Source: Thermomicrobiales bacterium (GTDB lineage: Bacteria; Chloroflexota; Chloroflexia; Thermomicrobiales; UBA6265). Taken from it: a stretch of DNA of 64,000 nt. The translations under genes and the position numbers were made by a program. Numbering within the stretch: position 1 is the stretch's first letter; every line of letters starts with the position of its first letter. Under the pieces are notes generated by a model that had not been told where the DNA came from, made no database searches, and saw nothing but the letters and a program-made list of their open reading frames with translations. Positions 29,123 through 39,572 of the stretch are shown in pieces. The stretch lies in assembly GCA_049646645.1 (NCBI GenBank), contig JBARWF010000051.1, forward strand, positions 18,227 to 82,226, written 5' to 3'.

Positions 29123-30865
29123 ATGTCCATGGCACAGGCGATCTCGCCTTGGGTTGCGACGTCCGCGGAATACCGGCCGGATCGCTACTATCGGTACCAC
29201 GAACTGACGGATCTTCTGCATGCCTGGGCGAGGCAATATCCCGATCTGGCGAAGATCGAGAGCATTGGCCAGACGCTTGAGGGGCGCGAAATCTGGGCGC
29301 TGACGGTCACGAATACGAAGACCGGCGCCGCCGATGACAAGCCCGCCTTCTTCGTTGATGCCAACATCCACGCGGGTGAAGTGACGGGGTGCGCGACGGT
29401 TCTGTGGCTGCTGAACCATCTGCTGACCGGATACGGCAGCGACGAGCGCGTGACGCGGCTTCTGGATGAGGGCGCGCTCTACGCGGTGCCGTGCATTATG
29501 CTCGATGGCGCCGAGCGGTACCTGACCAGCCCGGAGCGCATGCGTTCCTCGGTGCGTTCGTACCCCGAATCGGAGCAGCAGGAAGGGCTGATCCGGCAGG
29601 ATCTCAACGGTGATGGCATCGCCTCGGCCATGCGGATCAAGGATCCCAACGGCCCCTGGAAGGTCTCGCCGGACGATGCCCGTGTCATGATCCGGCGGGA
29701 GCCGGACGAGGTCGGCGGTGACTACTACTTCGTGCTGCCGGAGGGGACGATCAAGGATTGGGATGGCGGGTCGATCAAGCTGGCGCCCGATCTGATGGGG
29801 CTCGACCTCAACCGCAACTTCCCACACGAGTGGGCGCCGGAGTGGAAGCAGCGGGGATCGGGCGAGTTCCCGCTCTCCGAGCCGGAGACCCGGGCACTCG
29901 CGGCGTTCCTGCACGCGCATCCGAACATCTACGCCAGCCAGCACTTCCACACCTGGTCGGCGGTGATCCTGCGGCCTTCGTCGAACCTGCCGGACGATGA
30001 TCTCCCGAAGTTCGATCTCACCGTCTTCAAGGCAATTGGCAAGATGGGCGAGGAGGAGACGGGCTACCCCTGCATCTCCATCTTCCACGACTACGCCTAC
30101 GACAAGAAGCAGCCGATCCACGGCACCGTGCTCGACTGGGTCTACTCCACGTTCGGCGCCTTCGCCTACTCGACCGAGTTCTGGAGCCTGCCGATGAAGG
30201 CCGGCATCGAGATCAAGGATCACATTGCCTGGATGAAGGACCACCCGGCGGCGGACGATGTCGCGATGGCTCGCGCGCTCGACAACTACGTCGACGGCGC
30301 CGGGATCCTCGAGTGGACGCCATTCGAGCACCCGCAACTTGGCGCGGTCGAGATCGGCGGCTGGGACTACAAGTTCGCCTGGCAGAACCCGCCGGGTCCG
30401 TTGCTGGAGGAGGTCACCGCCGGCAATGCGACCTTTGTCGTCCGCGCGATGGGCACTGGCCCGCGGATCGTGATCGACTCGACGGCGGTCGAGCCGCTTG
30501 GCGGTGACCTCTATCGGGTGTCGGCGATCGTCCAGAACACCGGGTTCCTGCCGACCTACGTCAGCGAGGCGGGCAAGGCCACCGGCCGTATCAAGCCGGT
30601 GCTTGCCACGCTGGAGGGCGGTGACGGCGTAAAACTCGTCTCCGGCAAGCCCGAGCAGGATCTCGGGCACCTCAACGGGCGCGCCAACCAGTACGGGTCG
30701 ATGGGATCGGTGCCGCAGTATGACAATCTCTCCCGGGCGCGGGTTGAGTGGATCGTCTCCGGTCCTGCCGGTGCAACGTGCGAGCTGACGGTGCGGACAA
30801 GCAAGGCTGGCACCGCGCGGGCGACCATCGCGCTGGCCGGCGCTGACAAGGATGGGACGGCATGA
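29123..30865 (+). CDS. M14-family zinc carboxypeptidase
   Basis: YYRYHELTDLLHAWARQYPDLAKIESIGQTLEGREIW and the zinc-ligand motif NIHAGEVTG. ATG 29123 is preceded by GGGAG; the ORF opens at 29039. Confidence 0.85.
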   Translation: MSMAQAISPWVATSAEYRPDRYYRYHELTDLLHAWARQYPDLAKIESIGQTLEGREIWALTVTNTKTGAADDKPAFFVDANIHAGEVTGCATVLWLLNHLLTGYGSDERVTRLLDEGALYAVPCIMLDGAERYLTSPERMRSSVRSYPESEQQEGLIRQDLNGDGIASAMRIKDPNGPWKVSPDDARVMIRREPDEVGGDYYFVLPEGTIKDWDGGSIKLAPDLMGLDLNRNFPHEWAPEWKQRGSGEFPLSEPETRALAAFLHAHPNIYASQHFHTWSAVILRPSSNLPDDDLPKFDLTVFKAIGKMGEEETGYPCISIFHDYAYDKKQPIHGTVLDWVYSTFGAFAYSTEFWSLPMKAGIEIKDHIAWMKDHPAADDVAMARALDNYVDGAGILEWTPFEHPQLGAVEIGGWDYKFAWQNPPGPLLEEVTAGNATFVVRAMGTGPRIVIDSTAVEPLGGDLYRVSAIVQNTGFLPTYVSEAGKATGRIKPVLATLEGGDGVKLVSGKPEQDLGHLNGRANQYGSMGSVPQYDNLSRARVEWIVSGPAGATCELTVRTSKAGTARATIALAGADKDGTA

Positions 30866-31755
30866 CGCGAGCAACGGAAGATCAGTTTCTGGGGGCGCTG
30901 CTTGGGCTGGCGGTAGGCGACGCGCTCGGGCGTCCGGTGATCGGCATGACCGCCGATGAGATCGCCGAACGCTACGGCCGCATCACGCACTATGTCGCGG
31001 ATGCGGATGCGGATGCGGATGCCGAGGAGGGGGCCGCGACCGGCGTCATCACCGACGAGACCGAGGTCACGCTCTGCATCGTCGAGTCGCTCACGACCAA
31101 CGATGGGCTGATCGATCCCGAGAATATCCACGCCCGGCTCGGGTTTCTCGTGCGTGGCGACACCCGGAACTGGATCCCGGAGAGCGTGCTCGCCGGGATC
31201 GAGGCGGCCGAGGAGTACGACGGGCTGGTGCCGGTCGCGAACGGTGACGAGGTCGATCTGTCGGTGGCAGTGCGCGGCGTTCCGATCGGCCTGTTGCACG
31301 CCATCGGCGCCCAGGATGACGCGGTCATGCGCGAGGAGGCGGGGACCATCTCGCGCCTGAGTCACGGGAGCGCGGCGCAGCAGACATTGACTTTCGCCGT
31401 GGCGAAGGCGACCTGTGCCGCAGCGACCGGAGGAGAGGACCCGTTGCTGTCGTTGCGCGCGGAACTCGATGCCACCGCCACCGGGAAGGCACTGGCGCAC
31501 ATCATCGAGGTCGCGCTTGCGGCACCGGTCTTCGAGGACGCGGTGTTTGCGATCGTGAACGAGGGTGGTGCGGCCGACACGACGGGTGCACTGGCGGGGG
31601 CGATTGCGGGAGCCCGGTTCGGGGCGAGCGGCATCCCGCAACGGCTGATCGACGAGCTTGATGCGCGCATCTACCTCTCGCTCGCAGCGCCCTGGTTCTT
31701 CCGCACGGCCCTGCGCCGGGCGGGGACGGTGATCGACCTGCGCATCGCGGAGTAA
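30862..31755 (+). CDS. ADP-ribosylglycohydrolase-family protein
   Basis: N-terminal FLGALLGLAVGDALGRPV and C-terminal GGAADTTGALAGAIAGARFG motifs. Its ATG overlaps the carboxypeptidase stop (ATGA). Confidence 0.85.
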   Translation: MTRATEDQFLGALLGLAVGDALGRPVIGMTADEIAERYGRITHYVADADADADAEEGAATGVITDETEVTLCIVESLTTNDGLIDPENIHARLGFLVRGDTRNWIPESVLAGIEAAEEYDGLVPVANGDEVDLSVAVRGVPIGLLHAIGAQDDAVMREEAGTISRLSHGSAAQQTLTFAVAKATCAAATGGEDPLLSLRAELDATATGKALAHIIEVALAAPVFEDAVFAIVNEGGAADTTGALAGAIAGARFGASGIPQRLIDELDARIYLSLAAPWFFRTALRRAGTVIDLRIAE

Positions 31756-31834
31756 GGATCTCGTCGCGAGCCGGCATTGCACGGGGACAAAGGGGTCAAC
31801 CGGCGCGAAACTGCCCGGCGGCCCCAGGTGGCGA

Positions 31835-31861
31835 CTGGCACTCGCATGGTTCGAGTGCCAG
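31835..31861 (+). promoter_or_regulatory. CIRCE (HrcA operator) inverted repeat
   Basis: CTGGCACTC-N9-GAGTGCCAG is a perfect 9-bp inverted repeat with a 9-nt spacer. The consensus is TTAGCACTC-N9-GAGTGCTAA. It lies 133 nt upstream of dnaJ. Confidence 0.75.
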
Positions 31862-31866
31862 AATCC

Positions 31867-33133
<1,267 letters not shown>

Positions 33134-33165
33134 CCTGCACCACAATCGACTCAAGAAAACGCCGG

Positions 33166-33199
33166 CAAGCCCCGCGTCTCGATCGAGACGTGGGGCTTG
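33166..33199 (+). terminator. Long hairpin after dnaJ (possible terminator)
   Basis: CAAGCCCCGCGTCTCGA / TCGAGACGTGGGGCTTG, a 17-bp near-perfect palindrome with one G:U. Followed by TGTGTCGTT, a weak U-tract. Confidence 0.45.
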
Positions 33200-33380
33200 T
33201 GTCGTTCGCATCCGCCCCCACACCCCTACGCACGCTGGCGTTCACGTGGCCGGGAGAGCGCATTCGACTCTCCCTGGCGTTGCCAGATAGCAGATCCGCA
33301 ATTGACGCATGCGAGATGCGCCCGTATGATTGGTCTAGACCGGACTGGACAGGATACAAGCGGGTGGGAAGAGGAGTGCG

Positions 33381-34124
33381 ATGACCCGACTCAGACGCGA
33401 TGGGTCGATCCCACTCTACCTGCAGGTGAAGTCGTGGCTGGAAGACCAGATCGCGAGCGGCAGGCTGAAGCCACACAAGCGCGTTCCGTCCGAGCGCGAG
33501 CTCAGCGAGCGATTCGGGATCAGCCGTATGACGGTGCGGCAGGCGCTGACCGAGCTGGTCCACGACGGGCGGCTCTACTCGCGTGTCGGCCTCGGCACGT
33601 TCGTCGCCGATCCCCTCATCCGCCAGCCCCTCCGGTCCCTGACTGGTTTTACCGAAGACATGCTGGCGCGTGGTGTCCAACCGTCGAGCCGCGTCCTTCG
33701 GTGCGAGGTGACCGATCCGCCAGCCTCCGTCCGGCAGGTCTTCGATCGGGCCCCGAGATTGCCGGTCGTGATCCTGGAGCGGCTCCGTCTCGCCGACGGA
33801 CAGCCCATGATGGTCGAGCGCCGGTACCTCTGCTTCGCGGGCGCGGAACGACTCCCGTCCTGCGATCTCACCGGGTCGCTCTCATCGCTCTTGCGTGACA
33901 CCTTCGGCATCCGACCGGCGGTCGCCGAGCAGGAGGTGATCGCGCGGCGCGCACGGCCTCAGGAGATCGCCCTGCTGGCAATGGATGAGGAGACCGCAGT
34001 GCTTGAGTTCACGCGAACCGCTTCTGATGACCAGCAGCGGGTGTTCGAGCAGAGTGTCTCTGTCTACCGGGGCGACCGGTACCGGTTCGTCACCCGTCTG
34101 GAGCAAGGAGGTGGAGCGAGATAG
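33381..34124 (+). CDS. GntR/HutC-family transcriptional regulator (UTRA effector domain)
   Basis: PSERELSERFGISRMTVRQALTELV wHTH and a C-terminal UTRA-like region. Confidence 0.9.
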   Translation: MTRLRRDGSIPLYLQVKSWLEDQIASGRLKPHKRVPSERELSERFGISRMTVRQALTELVHDGRLYSRVGLGTFVADPLIRQPLRSLTGFTEDMLARGVQPSSRVLRCEVTDPPASVRQVFDRAPRLPVVILERLRLADGQPMMVERRYLCFAGAERLPSCDLTGSLSSLLRDTFGIRPAVAEQEVIARRARPQEIALLAMDEETAVLEFTRTASDDQQRVFEQSVSVYRGDRYRFVTRLEQGGGAR

Positions 34125-34194
34125 GCGCGACCAGGTGGCGGTCGCCCCAGGGCGCCGCTGCGACCGTTTGCGAATGACATGTGAGGGAATGCTG

Positions 34195-35883
34195 ATGACC
34201 TCGAAACGCAATGACCAAACGAATGCAGAACGCCCGTTTGAGCGACGGCCATTCTCCCGCCGCGCCGCCGTGCGCGGTGGGCTGGCCGCTGGTGCGGCGG
34301 CCGCGAGTGGATTGCTACTGCCCCGTCAGATGTTCGCCCAGGGAGCGACACCGGCGTCCACGCCTGGCGCCAGCGGCGTGATCAAGTCGACGGTAGAGGG
34401 CGTCCCGGATGCCTTCACGTCGACGCCGAAGCCATTCAAGTCAGTCGCGACGGTACCCGGCAGCGGCGACAAGGTCAGCATGCTGACGATCAGCTACACG
34501 CCCCCTCCCACCGAGAAGAGCAAGAACAGCTATTGGCAGGAACTTGAGAAACGCCTTGGCGTCGAGTGGGATCCGATGCTCGTGCCGGTCTCCAGCTATG
34601 GTGAAAAAACGGCGGCGGTAATCGCGAGTGGCGACATGCCGGATCTCTTCTACCTGCTCGTCACGAGCAGCGCGCCGGTCATCGCCCAGTCCATTTCCCA
34701 GGGCGCATTTACCGATCTCACGCCGTACCTCAGCGGAGACGCTATCAAGGACTATCCGAACCTCGCGCTCTACCCCTCCTATCTCTGGGACAACGTCAGG
34801 ATCCAGGGCAAGATCTACGGTGTGCCGAAACCTGTTCTCCGCAGCAATGACACCTCGTTCTACCGGAGCGACTGGCTGCCGAAGCTCGGCTTGAGTGAAC
34901 CGAAGACCACCGACGATGTGCACGACATGCTCGTCGCCATGTCGAAGAAGGACCCGGACGGTAACGGCAGCCCTGACACCTGGGGCACGACAGCCTATTC
35001 CGGATCGTGGAACATGTTTGTCTGGAACCAGATGTTCGGCGTTCCCTACGGATGGCGCCTTAACGACGATGGAACCCTGACCAACCAGATCGAGACGGAC
35101 GAGTTCCGCCAGGCCCTCGAATTCACGGCTCGCCTGCAGGCGGACGGCGCGTTCCACCCGGACGCCGCCTCGATGGAGTATTCGGTCGCGAAGGATTCGT
35201 TTGTCAGTGGCAAGGTCGGATTCTACGATGACGGTTTCGCGGCCTTCTTCGGGAAGGGATCGATTCTGGAGCAGGGGCAAGAGTTCAACAGCGCGGCGAC
35301 CTACGCGCCGTTGGTGACTGCCTCGGCGAATGGCAAACCCGGTGTCACGTATGCTGGTCAGGGGTTCTTCGGGTCGGTCGGCATCCCGTCGAGCGTGACG
35401 GACGAGGGCCGGATCAAGGAATTGCTCCGGATCATGGACTACCTCTGCTCGCCCTTTGGCAGCGAGGAAAGCACCTTCCTCCGCTATGGGTTGGATGAGG
35501 ACCACGATGTGCAGCCCGACGGCTCCCTGTCGCTGAACGACAAGGGGGCGGCGGATATCAGCGCGCTGGTCTACCCGTTCCTCTCCGAGAACTACTTCTA
35601 CTATCCCGGCGCCGCCGCGGGAGAGGCGGAGCGGGCGCAGAAGCTCAATGAGCAGATGGCGAAGGTGGCGATCACGGACCCGACTGCCGGTCTCGTCTCC
35701 GAGACCGCGATCACCAGTTCCGGTGAGCTGAGCCAGCTTGGAACGGACAGCATTACCTCGATCGTGACCGGGCGCGACTCGATCGACGCCCTCGACTCGT
35801 ACATCGAGCAGTGGAAGAGCCGGGGCGGAGATCAGATCCGGAAGGAATACGAGGAGGCGATCAAGGCCAAGAACGGCGGATAG
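34195..35883 (+). CDS. Large family-1 extracellular solute-binding protein (Tat signal)
   Basis: About 560 aa. Twin-arginine signal FSRRAAVRGGLAAGAAAASG. GAGGGA Shine-Dalgarno before ATG 34195; the ORF opens at 33985. Confidence 0.8.
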   Translation: MTSKRNDQTNAERPFERRPFSRRAAVRGGLAAGAAAASGLLLPRQMFAQGATPASTPGASGVIKSTVEGVPDAFTSTPKPFKSVATVPGSGDKVSMLTISYTPPPTEKSKNSYWQELEKRLGVEWDPMLVPVSSYGEKTAAVIASGDMPDLFYLLVTSSAPVIAQSISQGAFTDLTPYLSGDAIKDYPNLALYPSYLWDNVRIQGKIYGVPKPVLRSNDTSFYRSDWLPKLGLSEPKTTDDVHDMLVAMSKKDPDGNGSPDTWGTTAYSGSWNMFVWNQMFGVPYGWRLNDDGTLTNQIETDEFRQALEFTARLQADGAFHPDAASMEYSVAKDSFVSGKVGFYDDGFAAFFGKGSILEQGQEFNSAATYAPLVTASANGKPGVTYAGQGFFGSVGIPSSVTDEGRIKELLRIMDYLCSPFGSEESTFLRYGLDEDHDVQPDGSLSLNDKGAADISALVYPFLSENYFYYPGAAAGEAERAQKLNEQMAKVAITDPTAGLVSETAITSSGELSQLGTDSITSIVTGRDSIDALDSYIEQWKSRGGDQIRKEYEEAIKAKNGG

Positions 35884-35970
35884 GAAATGGGCATCGACTT
35901 GCGCGAGCGGCCAGTCTGCGCGCGCCGGTCGAACAGATGGTGGATGGACTGAAAGGGAGCGAGATACCCG

Positions 35971-36927
35971 ATGCCATCTTTGGCAATGACGATCAGGCCG
36001 TATGAGCGACACGACGAGGCAGCGCTGGTGCGGGTCTGGAACCGCGCACTCTGGTACGATCCGATCACGGTCGAGACTTGGCGTGCGAAAGTCCTGCTCG
36101 ATCCCAATTTCGACCCCGCGACCTGCATCGTCGCGGAGATCGATGGCGAGGTCCGCGGTTTCGTGCTCGCGCTGACACGCCAGGTGCCATTCTTCAATGA
36201 GGGACTGGAACCGACGACGGCCTGGATCACCGCGTGCGGTGTCGATCCCGACTATCAGCGCCAGGGATGTGGCACGGCGCTGCTCAACGGCGTGCTCGAC
36301 CAGTTGCGGGAGCTTGGACGGTCGCGAATTATGCTCGGTCCCTACGTGCCGAACTACTTCACGCCCGGCGTCGATGTGAAGGCGTACGAGCCGGCAATTG
36401 CGTTTTTCGAGCGGCAGGGATTCGCCGTCACCATGCGGCCGTTGAGCATGCGCGCGATCCTGACCGGCTTCCGGGTTCCAGCATCGCTCGCGCCCGCCTA
36501 CAAGAAGGTCGAGCAATACGGGATCACGGTGCGGCCAGCGCGGCCGGAGGACATCACTCCGGTGCTGCAGTTCGTGCGCGACCATTTCTCCTGGGATTGG
36601 CACCGGGAGGCGAGCGGGGTTTTCCAGGATCTCTTCGCTGGTCTGGGCGATCCGCGCCAGGTCGGCTTGACCGTTGCCGACCGCGATGGCGAGATCGTCG
36701 GCTATTCGCAGCATCGTGTTGAGCGGTTCGGTCCATTCGGCGTGCGCGAGGACCGGCGGAGCCAGGGGATCGGGCGCGTGCTGCTGGCCGAGACACTGCT
36801 CTCGATGCGGGCGAAGAACTTCCACACGGCCTGGTTCCTGTGGACCAGCGATCAGGCGGCCCGTTTGTACGCGCAGTGCGGATTCGAGGAGGCTCGCCGG
36901 TTCGCCGTGATGGTGAAGGATATCTAG
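35971..36927 (+). CDS. Tandem-GNAT N-acetyltransferase
   Basis: Two acetyl-CoA motifs: DYQRQGCGTALL and RRSQGIGRVLL. Confidence 0.8.
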   Translation: MPSLAMTIRPYERHDEAALVRVWNRALWYDPITVETWRAKVLLDPNFDPATCIVAEIDGEVRGFVLALTRQVPFFNEGLEPTTAWITACGVDPDYQRQGCGTALLNGVLDQLRELGRSRIMLGPYVPNYFTPGVDVKAYEPAIAFFERQGFAVTMRPLSMRAILTGFRVPASLAPAYKKVEQYGITVRPARPEDITPVLQFVRDHFSWDWHREASGVFQDLFAGLGDPRQVGLTVADRDGEIVGYSQHRVERFGPFGVREDRRSQGIGRVLLAETLLSMRAKNFHTAWFLWTSDQAARLYAQCGFEEARRFAVMVKDI

Positions 36928-37139
36928 CGCCAAATGGAGTGCATCCGTAGCGGTCGACTAGGAAGCTTCTCCTGAGCCTGTCGAAGGATGTCGACCATCG
37001 GCCGCAGGCCGATATCCACCGCGCTTCTGTCGTCTCAAAACTTCGTCAACTCTAGCATCGCTGAAAGTATGGCCCTGTGAGCCATGGGTGCGACACAAGG
37101 TCGCGCCCTACCAATGGCCTGTGTTTCCAGGGGAGTTTC

Positions 37140-37850
37140 ATGAGCGAACAACCGTGCATTATGGTCGTTGGTGCCCACGCCGCGGACGCGGAGATCATGG
37201 CCGGTGCCACCATTCTCAAGCATGTCGATGAGGGCTGGCGTGCCGTGATCGTGCACGCCACGCTCGGGGAGAAGGGGCACAAATCCCTCTCGCCCGAGGA
37301 CTATGCCGTTCTCAAGCGCGAAGAGGCGGAGGAGGCCGCACGTCGGCTCGGGGCGGAGTGCGTGGTGCTGCCGTACCTCGATGGCGAGCTGCCGATCAGT
37401 GAAGAGGTCCAGTGGCAGATCGCGGATGCGATCCGGAAGTACAAGCCGACCGTGCTGATCACGCACTGGAAGGGCAGTCTCCACACCGACCACACGAACA
37501 CGTATGAGAACGTGCTGGCGTCGCTCTTCTTCGCCGGGCTGAAGACGTTCAAGCGCGAGTACCCCAATCACTATCCACGCCAGATCCTCTTTGCCGAGAA
37601 CTGGGAGGATGTGGACGGCTTCGTCGCCGATTACTACCTCGACGTCACGGATGTCTGGGATCGCTATCTCGGTGCGATTCACGCCTACGCGCTCTTCCGG
37701 GGAGAGGCCGCTTCGTTCCCATACGAGCAGTGGTATCGCGGAGCAAGCGAGATGCGCGGCGCGGAGGTCGGGGTGCCGAGGGCGGTGGCGCTGATGAAGA
37801 CCGAGACGGTCTACACGCGTCGTCGCAAGCTGCCACTGCTGGGCGGTTGA
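37140..37850 (+). CDS. PIG-L/LmbE-family deacetylase
   Basis: IMVVGAHAADAEIMAGATI motif. ATG 37140 preceded by GGGGAG; the ORF opens at 37077. Confidence 0.85.
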   Translation: MSEQPCIMVVGAHAADAEIMAGATILKHVDEGWRAVIVHATLGEKGHKSLSPEDYAVLKREEAEEAARRLGAECVVLPYLDGELPISEEVQWQIADAIRKYKPTVLITHWKGSLHTDHTNTYENVLASLFFAGLKTFKREYPNHYPRQILFAENWEDVDGFVADYYLDVTDVWDRYLGAIHAYALFRGEAASFPYEQWYRGASEMRGAEVGVPRAVALMKTETVYTRRRKLPLLGG

Positions 37851-37858
37851 GCGTGACC

Positions 37859-39034
37859 ATGCATCGAACAGTCAAGAGCGGGCTCGAGGTTTTTCTTGCC
37901 GGTGGTGGCCGCGAGCTCGATGGCAAGACGGTCGGGCTCGTCACGAATCCGAATGGCGTCGATCGGGCCTTCCAGAGTGGCATTGAGCTTTTACATGAGA
38001 GTCCGCGCGTTCACCTGGCAGCCCTGTTCGGGCCGGAGCATGGCGTGCGCGGCGATGCCCAGGCCGGTGCGCATGTCGCGGCCGGGATCGATGCAAGGAG
38101 TGGTCTTCCCGTCCACAGCCTCTATGGCGAGACGCGGCGGCCGACCCCGGAGATGCTGGCGGGTCTGGATGCCATCGTGATCGACATGCAGGATCTCGGC
38201 ATCCGCTACGCAACGTACCTGTCGACGCAGATCGAAGTGCAGGCGGTGGCCCATGAAGCGGGCATCGATGTCGTCATCCTCGACCGGCCCAATCCGCTTG
38301 CCGACCTTGTGCGTGAAGGCAACGTGCTCGATCCGGCGTTCACGTCGTTTGTGGGGTCGTACCCGGTCCCGATTCGCCACGGGATGAGTCTCGGTGAGCT
38401 CGGACTTCTCGTTGCGCACGAACGCGGATGGAATGCTCCGATCGTGATCCGTGCCGAAGGTCTGATGCGGGACATGTGGTACGACGAGACCGGCCTGCCG
38501 TGGATCCTGCCTTCGCCCAACATGCCGACGCTCGATGCCCTGACGCTCTACGGCGGCACCTGCCTGGTCGAGGGGACCTCGCTTTCCGAAGGACGTGGCA
38601 CCACCAGGCCCTTCGAGTTCGTTGGGGCTCCGGGTGTCGATGCCGTGGCGCTGGCGGACGATCTGACCGGTCGGAAATTGCCGGGTCTGGCCTATCGCCC
38701 CGTCTTCTTCACGCCGATGTTCTCGAAGCATGCGGGAGAGGTCTGCGGCGGGGTACAGGTTTACTGCACCGACCGGGCAGCGATGCAGCCGGTCGCGATG
38801 GGTATCCACTTGCTGCACGCCTTGAGGCGTCACGATCCCGGCTTCGCGTGGGTCGCGCCGCAGGGAGATCGCGGCCAGTTCTTCATCGACCTGCTGCTGG
38901 GGAGCGACAGGCCCCGGCTGGCGCTGGATTCCGGCGCTGCGCCCGACGAGGTCATGGCGGAGTGGCCGGATCAATGCGCCGCGTTCGATGAGCGGCGCCG
39001 ACCGTTCCTGCTCTATCCCGAGGCGCGGTCCTGA
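37859..39034 (+). CDS. DUF1343-family protein (NamZ-like exo-beta-N-acetylmuramidase family)
   Basis: GKTVGLVTNPNGVD, ALFGPEHGVRGD and IDMQDLGIRYATY blocks typical of DUF1343. Start at ATG 37859; the ORF opens at 37730. Confidence 0.8.
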   Translation: MHRTVKSGLEVFLAGGGRELDGKTVGLVTNPNGVDRAFQSGIELLHESPRVHLAALFGPEHGVRGDAQAGAHVAAGIDARSGLPVHSLYGETRRPTPEMLAGLDAIVIDMQDLGIRYATYLSTQIEVQAVAHEAGIDVVILDRPNPLADLVREGNVLDPAFTSFVGSYPVPIRHGMSLGELGLLVAHERGWNAPIVIRAEGLMRDMWYDETGLPWILPSPNMPTLDALTLYGGTCLVEGTSLSEGRGTTRPFEFVGAPGVDAVALADDLTGRKLPGLAYRPVFFTPMFSKHAGEVCGGVQVYCTDRAAMQPVAMGIHLLHALRRHDPGFAWVAPQGDRGQFFIDLLLGSDRPRLALDSGAAPDEVMAEWPDQCAAFDERRRPFLLYPEARS

Positions 39035-39171
39035 TGCACAGGGCAGAAGTGGACGGTTGAGGGCGGTACCCGGGCTGAATATCGGGCTGCGCCTGTCATC
39101 ATGGACCCACCCTTACCACCGCGAACCTTCTCCTACAGGAAAGTGGTGATGGCCGGCGAACGCGTGCCCAC

Positions 39172-39200
39172 GTTGACGTTTCCGGGCACTGATGTATGAT
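39172..39200 (+). promoter_or_regulatory. Sigma-70-type promoter of the riboswitch-led operon
   Basis: TTGACG-N17-TATGAT. The predicted transcription start is a few nt before the riboswitch P1 stem. Confidence 0.6.
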
Positions 39201-39204
39201 TAGT

Positions 39205-39360
39205 AGCAACATAGCCTTCGGGGATTGGTGAGCATGCCGAGTTATGGCATGCAAGTCCTGACCGGCGGTACAGCCCGCAAGCGCGAGTGGGAGCACGAGC
39301 GCACGATCCGGTGAGACTCCGGAGCCGACGGTAAAGTCCGGATGGGAGAAGGTGTTCATT
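39205..39360 (+). promoter_or_regulatory. FMN riboswitch (RFN element) aptamer
   Basis: CCTTCGGGG..GGTG..AAGTCCTGACCGGCGGTACAGCCCGCAAGCG...GATCCGGTGAGACTCCGGAGCCGACGGTAAAGTCCGGATGGGAGAAGG matches the conserved RFN core block for block (compare B. subtilis ribD leader ..CCGACCGGCGGTA..AGCCCG..GCCGACAGTGAAAGTCTGGATGGGAGAAGG). P1 pairs CCTTC with GAAGG. Confidence 0.9.
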
Positions 39361-39409
39361 CAGTGCCAGCACATCGCTGGTGCTGCATGCCGCTCCGCAA
39401 CATGTCGAA

Positions 39410-39438
39410 CCCGAGGGCCTCCGGCCCCGGGTTTTTTT
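39410..39438 (+). terminator. Intrinsic terminator (riboswitch expression platform)
   Basis: CCCGAGGGCC-TCC-GGCCCCGGG hairpin of 9 bp with one bulge, followed by T7. Confidence 0.8.
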
Positions 39439-39572
39439 GTGCCCGGGAACGTTCGTTCGGAGGCGCTTGGTGGGCATGAGGGAACGGCGGCGTTGGCCGG
39501 GGAGCAGTCATGCTCCGCGGTGCCGAGCCGCAGGTTTTTCCTCAGCTTCAACAGGTGCCCGGCAGGGCATCC

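Noticed and set aside
29054-30874. 606-aa minus-strand ORF
   Set aside because: Antisense to the M14 carboxypeptidase, which carries the HAGE zinc motif. The composition is Arg/Pro/Gly-biased.
34441-36933. 830-aa minus-strand ORF, the longest in the window
   Set aside because: It is antisense to three well-supported plus-strand genes (binding protein, GNAT). It is extremely Arg/Gly/Pro/His-rich with no motif, a typical high-GC antisense artefact.
39205-39360. Cobalamin riboswitch or RNase P-like element, suggested by GGTGAGA-TCC and AAAGTCCGG strings
   Set aside because: There is no B12 box and no CCACTG or GGGAAGG elements. The full pattern ACCGGCGGTA..AGCCCG..GCCGACGGTAAAGTCCGGATGGGAGAAGG is the FMN (RFN) core.
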